The notes under the pieces: model-generated
Told to the model about the DNA's origin: nothing
Databases searched by the model: none
What the model saw: only the letters and a program-made list of their open reading frames with translations
Translations under genes and position numbers: made by a program
Part shown: one piece after another, positions 1 to 8,473 of the stretch
How the letters are laid out: every line of letters begins with the position of its first letter
How positions within the stretch are numbered: position 1 is the stretch's first letter
DNA from: an uncultured Chloroflexia bacterium
Lineage (GTDB): Bacteria > Chloroflexota > UBA6077 > JACCZL01
Length of the DNA: 64,000 bases
Direction: 5' to 3'
Assembly: GCA_963765765.1 (NCBI GenBank)
Contig: CAVXYC010000015.1
Coordinates: 160,001 to 224,000 of the forward strand

Positions 1-583
1 CAACGGTGTACTGCAGGAGGATGAACATGAACGGTGTCAGGATGTCAGCCGAGAGATCAGTCAGCGGCTGGTTGATGCCCAGGGCACGCTGCGCATCCCA
101 GGTATGGACCGAATAGTCCATGAGCTGGAAAGCCGGGAAGAAGAACGCCGGTAGCGGGCCCATGTAGGAATGGTTCACCAGGTGGCTGCCCCATTCTTCC
201 TCGTTGAGCTGCTCGAAGATCGCAAACAGCCGATCCGCGTCGCTGTTCAGCCGCCGCAGCATCTCGTGGCGCGGCAGATCGCGAAACCGTCGCGCGCCAG
301 CGTCCTCCAGCTCGGCCATCACCAGGAGGCCCACCGGATCAGGGAACGTCTTGCCAGTGCGGGCGCCATCAAAGCGCTCCAGGTACGACTCGGAGTTATC
401 GACCAGGTGCCCGACGAGGTCGCGTATATGCCATCCTTCGCATGGCGTCGGTTTGGTCCAGTCGTCCTCGGAGGCCGAGACCAGTTGATTGAACGTAGCC
501 CGGTCCGTACGCAGCGCTTCTAGCAGGGCATCCTTGCCTGCGAACTCCATTGCGTTGAGCGATCGTGAATGACCCTGCGTCAT
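1..583 (-). CDS. Maleylpyruvate isomerase N-terminal (MDMPI/DinB superfamily) metal-binding protein, runs off the left edge
   Basis: Manual translation from ATG 583: MTQGHSRSLNAMEFAGKDALL...WTKPTPCEGWHIRDLVGHL...DYSVHTWD. The TPCEGW-x-RDLVGHL and HTWD motifs are typical. Open to base 1, so absent from the ORF track. Confidence 0.8.
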   Translation of the reverse strand, partial: MTQGHSRSLNAMEFAGKDALLEALRTDRATFNQLVSASEDDWTKPTPCEGWHIRDLVGHLVDNSESYLERFDGARTGKTFPDPVGLLVMAELEDAGARRFRDLPRHEMLRRLNSDADRLFAIFEQLNEEEWGSHLVNHSYMGPLPAFFFPAFQLMDYSVHTWDAQRALGINQPLTDLSADILTPFMFILLQYTV

Positions 584-779
584 GGCTTCCGTCCTTCTTT
601 CGCCCAACGCCCTGGCTCCAGCCAACGCATCGGCAAGCGGAGTTTCCCGGCAGTGTGGATTCAGCCCTTGAGAACGGGCTCAGTATACGCCCATTGCTGA
701 CCTGCGCCCGCCCGTCATAGCGATGGGGCGTTCTACAAGCGGGAGGAACATCGACGGAGAAACGGCATCGTTGATGCAC

Positions 780-830
780 TGCCGACAGGATGTCGGCGGT
801 CCCAGTGCTTAGCACAAGGGCTACTGGGAG
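780..830. repeat. REP-like palindrome (GCCGACAGGATGTCGGCGGTCCCAG)
   Basis: Hairpin GCCGAC-agga/t-GTCGGC; a related copy lies at about 30916-30950 (CCGGGACCGCCGACAGGAAGTCGGCGG). Confidence 0.45.
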
Positions 831-912
831 CCGGACAAAGATTCCGCGACCGGGCCGGCGAACCAAGCGCACTCCTGGCTCGGTGTACGCCCGGCCCGCG
901 CTGCTTAGTGCG

Positions 913-2028
913 CTAACGGGCGCCGACGAAAGTCTTCATGCGGGATTCGATCCCTCGCCGGGCCAATTCCTGTTCGAACATGGCCAGGATGCGGGGGTCC
1001 TCATCCTCGTATTCGAGCTGCCGACCACCATCTTTGACTGACAGGTCCGCGCCCCGGTAGGTGTCCCGCTTGTACTGCATGACCGGGTAGCGAACATTGC
1101 CGAACCCCATGGCCAGGTAGCGCGACGGCTGCTCGGCCGTGTTGAAATGCTGGTGATAGTGCTCGCCCGCCCCGTTGCAGAACATCGTGCCCGGCTTCCA
1201 GTCCACCCGGATCGTATCGACCGGCGACTCGCCCTCCTGCCACAGCAGGCTGTAGCCGTGACCGGAGACGCAGAAGATGTAAACACCCGACTCACTGGGA
1301 CGTCGGTGCGCCTTCTTGTAGGTCCCTATGGGAAACTCCGAGACATGGGAGTGGAGCGTATTCTCCGCCAGGGAGAACATGATGCTCCTGCCGCCAGCTC
1401 CGCGTGCCGACCACTCCCGCAGCACGTCCAGCTTCTCCAGGCTGGGGACAAAGCTCGTCTCCCACTGGTGGCGCCCGGGGATGACCTCGCGGAACTCGCC
1501 CTCACCCCTGAGGTACTTAGCATCGGCAATGCGATCGTCGAAGACGAACGGATTGTCGAACACGAACGACTCATTGTGATAGAGATTCAACGCGATGGGC
1601 ATGCTGGTGAGCCCGATGAAGCGAGCCGGCTCCGTGCCCGAGCCGTTGAAGATCTGATACGGGGCATTGATGGGAATGGCGAAGAGACTTGTTGGGCCCC
1701 ATTCGAAGGACGTCTTGCCGCCCGGCACTTCCAGGGTTGTGGCGCCCCGACCGGAGAGCACAAATATGATCTCCTCATACATATGCTTCTCAGGGTTGAG
1801 CGATCCGCCCGGCGGAATCTCCGCAACGTAGCAGGTGACAAAGTCGCCGCGGCCGGGAATATGCAGGTATGCGCCGAGGCCGCCTCTGCGCTGCCACGGC
1901 TCCAGAGGTAGCGTCAGGCAATCCGCGGTCAGCATGTCTTCGTAAACCGGGATTCCCTCCTTCGTCAGGAAGTCCCGAAACGGATCCCGCATGAAGTACG
2001 GGTTGTTGGTTGGCAGCGTATCCGTCAT
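913..2028 (-). CDS. Double-cupin domain protein
   Basis: Cupin motifs EKHMYEEIIFVLSGRG, SEFPIGTYKKAH and HQHFNT; RBS AGGAGG upstream. Confidence 0.85.
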   Translation of the reverse strand: MTDTLPTNNPYFMRDPFRDFLTKEGIPVYEDMLTADCLTLPLEPWQRRGGLGAYLHIPGRGDFVTCYVAEIPPGGSLNPEKHMYEEIIFVLSGRGATTLEVPGGKTSFEWGPTSLFAIPINAPYQIFNGSGTEPARFIGLTSMPIALNLYHNESFVFDNPFVFDDRIADAKYLRGEGEFREVIPGRHQWETSFVPSLEKLDVLREWSARGAGGRSIMFSLAENTLHSHVSEFPIGTYKKAHRRPSESGVYIFCVSGHGYSLLWQEGESPVDTIRVDWKPGTMFCNGAGEHYHQHFNTAEQPSRYLAMGFGNVRYPVMQYKRDTYRGADLSVKDGGRQLEYEDEDPRILAMFEQELARRGIESRMKTFVGAR

Positions 2029-2335
2029 TGACGCCTCCTTGTCCTTTGCGGCACCAGCCTACCACCTCAAGGATCAGCCATCAAACGCGCTCGGATCGAA
2101 CATTCACATTGAATATGAATAGCCGCCTCGAGCTCGGCCACACCAGTCGGTAAGCGGATCGGCTTGCGTGCCTGTGGGCGGCTTCTCGTTCGGCGGTGTG
2201 GGCGCCTCGCGCGGTGACGGCCAGAAGCAGGTCCTGGAGCTCGGCATGTTTGCGGATGTCGAGAATGCGGTGTTCGCTCCGTCCCAGGGATATCAGCGGC
2301 CATGACGGGGCGCGCAAGGAAGAAGGAAAGCCATC

Positions 2336-2770
2336 ATGATCGAACGGATGGACAACGTCGGAATCATTGTTGACGACCTCAAGGCTACTATCGCGTTCTT
2401 TACCGAGCTTGGTCTGGAACTGGAGGGCGAGACGACGGTTGAGGGGAAATGGGTGGACGGCTGCGTCGGACTTGAGGGTGTGCGCTGTGACATCGCCATG
2501 ATGCGGACCCCGGACGGCCACAGCAAGCTCGAGCTGAGCAAGTTTCAGACGCCACGGGCTGTCACCGCTGAGCCAAACGCTCCGGTGAACACGCAAGGGC
2601 TACACCGCATCATGTTCGCCGTGACGGACCTCAGAGAGGTCCTTGCTCGCCTGCAGGCCCATGGCGCCACGCTCGTGGGCGAGGTGGTGCAGTATGAGGA
2701 CCTGTTCTGGCTCTGCTATGTCCGCGGTCCCGAAGGCATCATTGTCGCGCTGGCCGAGCAGATACGTTAA
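2336..2770 (+). CDS. VOC/glyoxalase family protein
   Basis: MDNVGIIVDDL...AFFTELGLELEG...YVRGPEGIIVALAEQ. Confidence 0.9.
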   Translation: MIERMDNVGIIVDDLKATIAFFTELGLELEGETTVEGKWVDGCVGLEGVRCDIAMMRTPDGHSKLELSKFQTPRAVTAEPNAPVNTQGLHRIMFAVTDLREVLARLQAHGATLVGEVVQYEDLFWLCYVRGPEGIIVALAEQIR

Positions 2771-2805
2771 CGGCCCCATCACGCCCGCCCCCAGAGCAGA
2801 AGGAG

Positions 2806-3315
2806 ATGGTAACCGTGCAACCGAACGAGATCACTGAGATTCTGAACCGACCGATCAGCCAGGAGCTGTTGGCCCGCGACCTGACCCGCCTGGCCTACGT
2901 CGCCAGGGACGGCACACCCCGCAATGTCCCGATCGCCTTCACCTGGAACGGCTCGGAGATCGTCATGTGCACTACGAAGAACGCCCCGAAGCTCCCGTCC
3001 CTGCGCGAGAACCCGATGGTTGCCCTGACGATCGATACCGAAGTGCACCCGCCGAAGATCTTGCTCATCCGCGGTCGGGCCGAGTTGGATTTCGTCGATG
3101 GCATCCCGGACGAGTATCTCAAGGCGACTAGCACCTATACGATGACGCCCGAGCAACGGGTCGAGTGGGAGGCGGAGGTGCGTTCGCTTTACCACGACGG
3201 CATGGTTCGGATCGTCGTAACTCCCACATGGGTGAAGCTCATCGACTTCGAGACGACTCTGCCGAGCGCGGTCGAGGAGCTGGTCCGAGAGCGGGAAGAG
3301 CGTCGGCGCGCCTGA
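2806..3315 (+). CDS. Pyridoxamine 5'-phosphate oxidase-like (split-barrel flavin-binding) protein
   Basis: RLAYVARDGTPRNVPIAFTWNG...KLPSLRENPMVALTID; RBS AAGGAG. Confidence 0.88.
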   Translation: MVTVQPNEITEILNRPISQELLARDLTRLAYVARDGTPRNVPIAFTWNGSEIVMCTTKNAPKLPSLRENPMVALTIDTEVHPPKILLIRGRAELDFVDGIPDEYLKATSTYTMTPEQRVEWEAEVRSLYHDGMVRIVVTPTWVKLIDFETTLPSAVEELVREREERRRA

Positions 3316-3587
3316 GCGCCGCGCAGTCAGAGGCGTTGGGTGGATCGCCCACGCCTCAACCCCACAGCGGTGCGCAGACAACGTTTACTCCCCCTGCCCG
3401 TTGATCGCTAATCCGCAAACCGAGTGCAGCTCCAGACGACGGCGGCGCGTGCAAGCGTCTGGTTGATATGTCGGGTGTGGGCTCGGTAAAGACTGCGATA
3501 CGAGTCCGGCGCGACATCCGCATCCTCTGCCGCGCCGGACTCATGTGCGGCTTCTCAAGGGCTGATTGAGAGACCGAGGGTGCCACC

Positions 3588-3908
3588 ATGGCCAAACTGA
3601 TCTACGACGCGTGTACGTCGCTCGATGGTTATGTTGCGGATGAAAACGGCAACTTCGATTGGGCGGAGCTGGATGACGAAGTCTATGCCTTCATTAACAA
3701 CCGCGAGAGGCAGATCGGCACCTATCTCTTTGGGCGCAAGATGTATGAGACGATGGCCGTTTGGGAGACGCCAGAGGTCATTCCGGATCCCCCAGCAGCC
3801 GCGCTGGAGTTCGTACCGATCTGGCAGGCGGCTGAAAAGATCGTGTACTCGGGAACGCTGCAGACGGTCTCTACGGCCGATACGCGGCTCGAGCGGAAGT
3901 TCGATTGA
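3588..3908 (+). pseudogene. C-terminally truncated DHFR/RibD-C family protein
   Basis: SLDGYVAD...YLFGRKMYETM...KIVYS, then TGA TAG at residue 106. The GG-containing second half is not evident downstream. Confidence 0.75.
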
Positions 3909-4121
3909 TAGCTGGACTGCGGGTCGCGTGCACGCAGTTTCAACCCGAATCGGATTAAAGGCACGCTGTTGCTCACGTGGTATGCTCCTGTCACCCCCGC
4001 GGACGCTGACATGCTCTGAGCCATTCAATCAGCGCTGGATACCGCGTGCGGCGCACCACGGCCTCCCAGCCGTCTTGTGGACGGGATGCTCACCTGACAG
4101 AATGGATAGAGCATGTGCGCA

Positions 4122-4769
4122 ATGACACACTCGAACCCAAACGATACGGAGCCTATTCATTTCGCGGGTGGGGTGCTCGACAAGTATCGGCACGTGTGTG
4201 CGTTCTTTCCGGCGCCTGACGATGAGCACCGCGTGCTTGACCCGTACGTCCGCGAGGGACTCCATCGTGGCGAGAAAGCATTTCACATCGTAGATCCCGC
4301 TTTGCGCGATGACTACGTGCGCCGTCTCGCTGCAGCCGATATCGACATCGTCGACGGTATGTCGCGTGGTCAGTTCGAGCTGTGCACCTGGGACGAGGCG
4401 TACCTTCGCAATGGGCATTTCGACCAGGATTCCATGCTTGCCCTTATTCAGGAGGTATTGGACGGCGGGCGGCAAGCGGGATACCCTCTCACCCGCCTCG
4501 TGGCACACATGGAGTGGGCCCTCGAGGACCGTCCCGGAGTGGACGATCTCGTGGAATACGAAACGCGCCTTAACTATGTCTTACCGCGCTATCGGGACCC
4601 GGTCATATGACTGTATGAGACCGCCAAGTTTGGCGGCGGCATCGTGATGGACATCTTGCGCACGCACCCAATGGCAATCATGGGTGGGGTGTTGCGCGAG
4701 AATCCGTTCTTCGTTCCTCCGGATGAGTTTCTCCAGGAACTTCGCGAACGCGCGCGCGACCGTGCATGA
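4122..4769 (+). CDS. MEDS-domain sensor protein with in-frame TGA (4608-4610), candidate selenoprotein
   Basis: RHVCAFF...GLHRGEKAFHIVD...RLVAHMEWAL...EYETRLNYVLPRYRDPVI-TGA-LYETAKFGGGIVMDILRTHP...ENPFFVPPDEFL. The MEDS C-terminus continues in the same frame to the stop at 4767-4769. Confidence 0.85.
4615..4642 (+). promoter_or_regulatory. Candidate bacterial SECIS of the MEDS gene
   Basis: CCGCCA-AGTT-TGGCGG (4621-4636), loop starting 16 nt after the TGA with G at loop position 2; possible lower stem ATG(4615-17)/CAT(4640-42). Confidence 0.6.
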
Positions 4770-4799
4770 GCCGCCCGAGGACGGAACTTAGGCTGTAGC

Positions 4800-6503
4800 G
4801 TGTCGGAGCGAGAGGTATCACGGGCGGCGGAAGGGGATCCGGCGCGCGAGTTGGCGGCGCTGCTCGCATTACCGGCGACGTGGAAAGGATGCGAGCCGGC
4901 TGCCATCGCGACCAGCATGCTCGACGCACTTGTGAGCCTTCTGCGCCTCGACATCGCTTACCTCGATCTCGATGACGGCCGCGTCGAGCGTGCGTGGCCA
5001 CCGGCCACGAGGTTCCCGCCGAAACTGGCTGACGTGGTGCGGGCGCGAATCGAGGATGGCGATATCGCTCCGATCCTAACCACGCCAGATCCGGCTCGTG
5101 ACGGAGCATTTCGGGTCGCCGGCCTCGCTCTCAAGCCGATGGGCCACGCTGGGCTCATCGCGGTTGGTTCCCGGCGTCCCAGCTTCCCAAGTCCGTTCGA
5201 GTCGTTCTTGCTGAGCATGGCGGCGGAGCAGGCACTCATCGCAATCGACACGGCGTTGCTGATCGCGCGAGAACAACGGCGCGCCCGACAACTGCGCGCA
5301 CTCACGGAGGCCGCAGCAGACATTAACGCCGCTGTGAGCACCACGGAGGCGCTGCAGCGCATCACGGACCGGGCTCGGGACATTATTGGTGCACACCAGG
5401 CGATGACGAGCCTTTCAGTGGACCAGGCAGCCGCGCCAGAAATCACCGCCATCTCCTTCTCGAGCAAGTACGAGCGCCACCGAAGCACCACGGTAGACCG
5501 CAGCCGATCGGGCTTAAGCGCACTCGTCTGTCACGAAAATCGGCCATATCGGCTGACACACGAGGAGCTCCTGAGCCACCCGGCCTGGCGCGGCGGTGAT
5601 CACGGAGATCAAGAACGCCCGCCGCTGCGCGGCTGGCTGGCCGCTCCGCTGATCGGGCGGGATGGGGAAAACCTGGGGCTGATAGAGCTCTCGGATCGCA
5701 ACCGCGGCGACTTCACGGAGAACGATGAAGCGATCCTAGTGCAGCTCGCGCACCTGGCGTCGGTGGCAATTCAGAATACTCACCTCTACGAACAAGCGCG
5801 TCGGGCTCTAAGCCTTCGCGACGAGTTCCTGGCGCAGGCGGCTCACGAGCTGAAGTCGCCCCTGACAGCCCTGAAGGGATACGTTCAGCTCTCTGCACGC
5901 CGCGGAGGGGCGGACCCGTTCAGTGCTCGCATGGTGACCCAGGTGAACCGCCTCGATCGTCTCGTTGGTGACCTTATCAGCGTGGTTCGGCTGGAGACTG
6001 GACAGCTCGAACTGGTTCGTCAAGAGACAGACCTCATCACCGTTGCGGAGTCCTGCATCGGTGCGGCTCAAGCCCTATCCGTGCGTCACGTTATCAGTTT
6101 GGAGTGCGCCCCAGCCTCGCTGGTTGGGAGGTGGGACCCGGATCGTCTGACCCAAGTGTTTGAGAACTTGCTCGCAAACGCGGTTAAGTACTCGCCGGGT
6201 GGAGGTGAGATCCGTGTCCAAATTCGAATGGTGGGGGCGGAGGTCCGCGTTTCGGTGCACGACGCTGGAGCGGGGATCGCAGCAGATGTGCTCCCCCGAT
6301 TGTTCGAGCGATTCTACCGGGCCCCAAGTGTCGCGCGTGAGGTCGACGGGCTCGGACTCGGACTGACGATCACGCGATCGATCATAGAAGGGCACGGGGG
6401 CCGGATTTGGGCGGAGAGCGCGGGCGAGCAGCGGGGCAGCACGTTCGCCTTCACGTTACCGCTAAATCGACTCCACACGCGGACAGGCGAGTACAGCGGC
6501 TGA
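4800..6503 (+). CDS. GAF-domain sensor histidine kinase
   Basis: GAF (GWLAAPLIGRDGENLGLIELSD), H-box AAHELKSPL, N-box ENLLANAVKYS, G1 DAGAGI, F-box LFERFYR, G2 GLGLGL. Confidence 0.95.
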   Translation: MSEREVSRAAEGDPARELAALLALPATWKGCEPAAIATSMLDALVSLLRLDIAYLDLDDGRVERAWPPATRFPPKLADVVRARIEDGDIAPILTTPDPARDGAFRVAGLALKPMGHAGLIAVGSRRPSFPSPFESFLLSMAAEQALIAIDTALLIAREQRRARQLRALTEAAADINAAVSTTEALQRITDRARDIIGAHQAMTSLSVDQAAAPEITAISFSSKYERHRSTTVDRSRSGLSALVCHENRPYRLTHEELLSHPAWRGGDHGDQERPPLRGWLAAPLIGRDGENLGLIELSDRNRGDFTENDEAILVQLAHLASVAIQNTHLYEQARRALSLRDEFLAQAAHELKSPLTALKGYVQLSARRGGADPFSARMVTQVNRLDRLVGDLISVVRLETGQLELVRQETDLITVAESCIGAAQALSVRHVISLECAPASLVGRWDPDRLTQVFENLLANAVKYSPGGGEIRVQIRMVGAEVRVSVHDAGAGIAADVLPRLFERFYRAPSVAREVDGLGLGLTITRSIIEGHGGRIWAESAGEQRGSTFAFTLPLNRLHTRTGEYSG

Positions 6504-6758
6504 TGTAGACCTTCCGGCTCGCCATCAGCCACGGCGACAAGTCATCTCGTACGCGGGCAGAGGCAGTTTATCCAGAGCAGACCCGAACTCGGGCCGATCA
6601 GTGAGTCACCCGTTGCGGCGCCCGTGCCCTCAAGCACGGCGTGGTGCTCACGAGAGCCTGCGACGGAACAATCGCAGATCCGATGCGCCGCCCATTGCGT
6701 CGTGGCCCGGAAGGTGCATCGTGAGTGTAGCGAGCGGCTCGCCCGCGATCGGATCATC

Positions 6759-7142
6759 ATGCTCTGCAACCATTCCGTACTCCTCGTCGACGATCATGCC
6801 GATATACGAGACATCCTGAATTTCGTGCTTGCGGACGAGGGCTACAACGTTCTAAGTGCAAAGAATGGCGTTGAGGCCCTTGAAATGGTTCGAGACGACA
6901 CCTTCGCCGTCATCTTGATCGATGTCCAGATGCCGGTCATGGACGGCGTGGAATTCATTCGCAGATACCGGGCACTGCCGGGCCACAAGGCACAACTCAT
7001 CATCATGACTGCGGGCCAGAACGCGAAGATGTACGCCGAACTAGTCGGCGCTGATGCCTATCTCGCGAAGCCGTTTGAGCTCGACGATGTGCCCGAGATC
7101 GTGGGCAAGCTTGCTGGCAGAGTGTCGACGGACAGATGTTAG
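6759..7142 (+). CDS. Single-domain response regulator (receiver)
   Basis: VLLVDD...ILIDVQMPVMDGVEF...IIMTA...YLAKPF. Confidence 0.93.
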   Translation: MLCNHSVLLVDDHADIRDILNFVLADEGYNVLSAKNGVEALEMVRDDTFAVILIDVQMPVMDGVEFIRRYRALPGHKAQLIIMTAGQNAKMYAELVGADAYLAKPFELDDVPEIVGKLAGRVSTDRC

Positions 7143-7349
7143 GAGTTGGAGGTGGCAATCGTTGTATCCGCTCAGGCACAGAACTCATCTAGCTAGTGTC
7201 GTGCAGTGTGCCAGAGCGCATTAGTCAGCATGCAATGTGGGCCCCCAGGAAATGATAAGAAAAGGGGAAAGGGAGCAGACGGTTGACAGTATCGTCACCC
7301 TGACGAATAGTGGCAAGCGTCAGACCGCCTACCCGCCCGACAAGGAGTT

Positions 7350-7664
7350 GTGATGTTCATGCAGCTGATCCGTGTCAGGGTACGGCCCGACGCGTGGGAC
7401 AAGTTGGGGGCACTCGACGAGCGGTGGGAGAAGGAGCAGGCGTCAATCGCGCCCGGATTCCGGGGCACCACGATCTTGCGCGAGATCGATGCGCCTGACC
7501 GGGCCATCCTGACGGTCCTGTTCGAGAGCCGGGAGCTGGCACAACGGAACTCCGATCGGCCTGAGACGAATGCCTGGTACCGGGAACTGCTTACACTCGT
7601 GGAAGGGGAACCCGAATTCATCGGCACCGACGTATTCCGCTCCTACCTGCGTGAGGTTAAGTGA
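7350..7664 (+). CDS. Small ABM-like (dimeric alpha-beta barrel) protein
   Basis: APGFRGTTILRE...VLFESRE...WYRELLTLVEGEPEF; RBS AGGAG. Confidence 0.65.
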   Translation: MMFMQLIRVRVRPDAWDKLGALDERWEKEQASIAPGFRGTTILREIDAPDRAILTVLFESRELAQRNSDRPETNAWYRELLTLVEGEPEFIGTDVFRSYLREVK

Positions 7665-8061
7665 TTCACCGGTCCACAGGGTAAACGACCGAACTGGGAT
7701 TTTCGGTTGACACAACTACGCTGTTGTCAGGCCAACGCCTAATCCGATCTCTCACTAGCATGGATGCGCAATGTGCCACCGACCGGACGGAGGCGTCAGC
7801 GGTTTGTGGCCTGCTGTGCGATGTGGTTGCGTATGGCTCGGGCTCCGTCGTAAGTCCCGTTGCCAAAGAGGCTGTTGACTTGCGGCGTCGTCAACAATGC
7901 CGCCGATGCGCATCAATTCGGTGAGGACTTCTGGGTCGTTCAGCGCAGAACGAGCGCTTTGCGTCAAGCCTGGATGAGCTGCGTTACAGTCAGCGTTGCT
8001 GTCACCTGCGGCCGCCGCCCTGGTCAATCGCCAATTAATGCCAACAATTGAACTTGAATTC

Positions 8062-8148
8062 TGGTGCCGGGGACGGGATTCGAACCCGTACGCCCTCGCA
8101 GGCAGCGGAGTTGAAGTCCGCCGAGTCTGCCGTTTCACCACCCTGAGC
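8062..8148 (-). tRNA. Class II tRNA with Leu-type body and UCA anticodon (possible opal suppressor or pseudo-tRNA)
   Basis: GCTCAGGG TG GTGAAACGGCAGACTC G GCGGA-CTTCAAC-TCCGC T GCCT-GCGA-GGGC GT ACGGG-TTCGAAT-CCCGT CCCCGGC A CCA. Perfect anticodon and T stems, A73, encoded CCA; acceptor and D stems are imperfect. Confidence 0.8.
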
Positions 8149-8246
8149 AGGTTTGTCAGCGCGTCGGTTGAAGATACTGCTGGAGGGGCGCTGAGTGCTG
8201 TGAACAACGCGCGCAGCAACTGTTCAGAGTAGAGAGAGAGCGAGAG

Positions 8247-8275
8247 ATCGTAGTCGTAGCACGGGGGCTTGTCCA
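8247..8275 (-). promoter_or_regulatory. Possible sigma70 promoter for the tRNA
   Basis: TGGACA-17 nt-TACGAT on the minus strand, about 100 nt upstream of the tRNA. Confidence 0.4.
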
Positions 8276-8371
8276 CTGTGCTTGGGCATCGGGCCGGCGA
8301 TTTCGCGGTTTACGAGCCCGACAATGATGGCTAATTGCACTCCAGGCTCAAGGGACAGGCCCCCGTGCTAC
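8256..8371. repeat. GTAG-type REP doublet (family A, degenerate)
   Basis: GTAGCACGGGGGCTTGTCC ... GGGACAGGCCCCCGTGCTAC, inverted pair. Confidence 0.7.
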
Positions 8372-8473
8372 GAGGACCGCCTCGTGAGTCTGAACACTTA
8401 CCGCGCGCAGTTAGAGCTTGCGTGAATCCCGAAGTTGGCGCAGGATTAGCCCAGGTTCGCAAGGGGGTTCACA

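Noticed and set aside
3906-3911. TGA of the DHFR-like fragment as read-through
   Set aside because: It is immediately followed by TAG, with no homologous continuation.
2030-8061. Integrative element inserted at the tRNA 3' end
   Set aside because: No integrase, and I found no direct repeat of the tRNA 3' end in the window.
8062-8148. Calling the UCA tRNA selC (tRNA-Sec)
   Set aside because: It has A73, a short Leu-like D arm, a short variable stem and no properly paired 8-bp acceptor stem.
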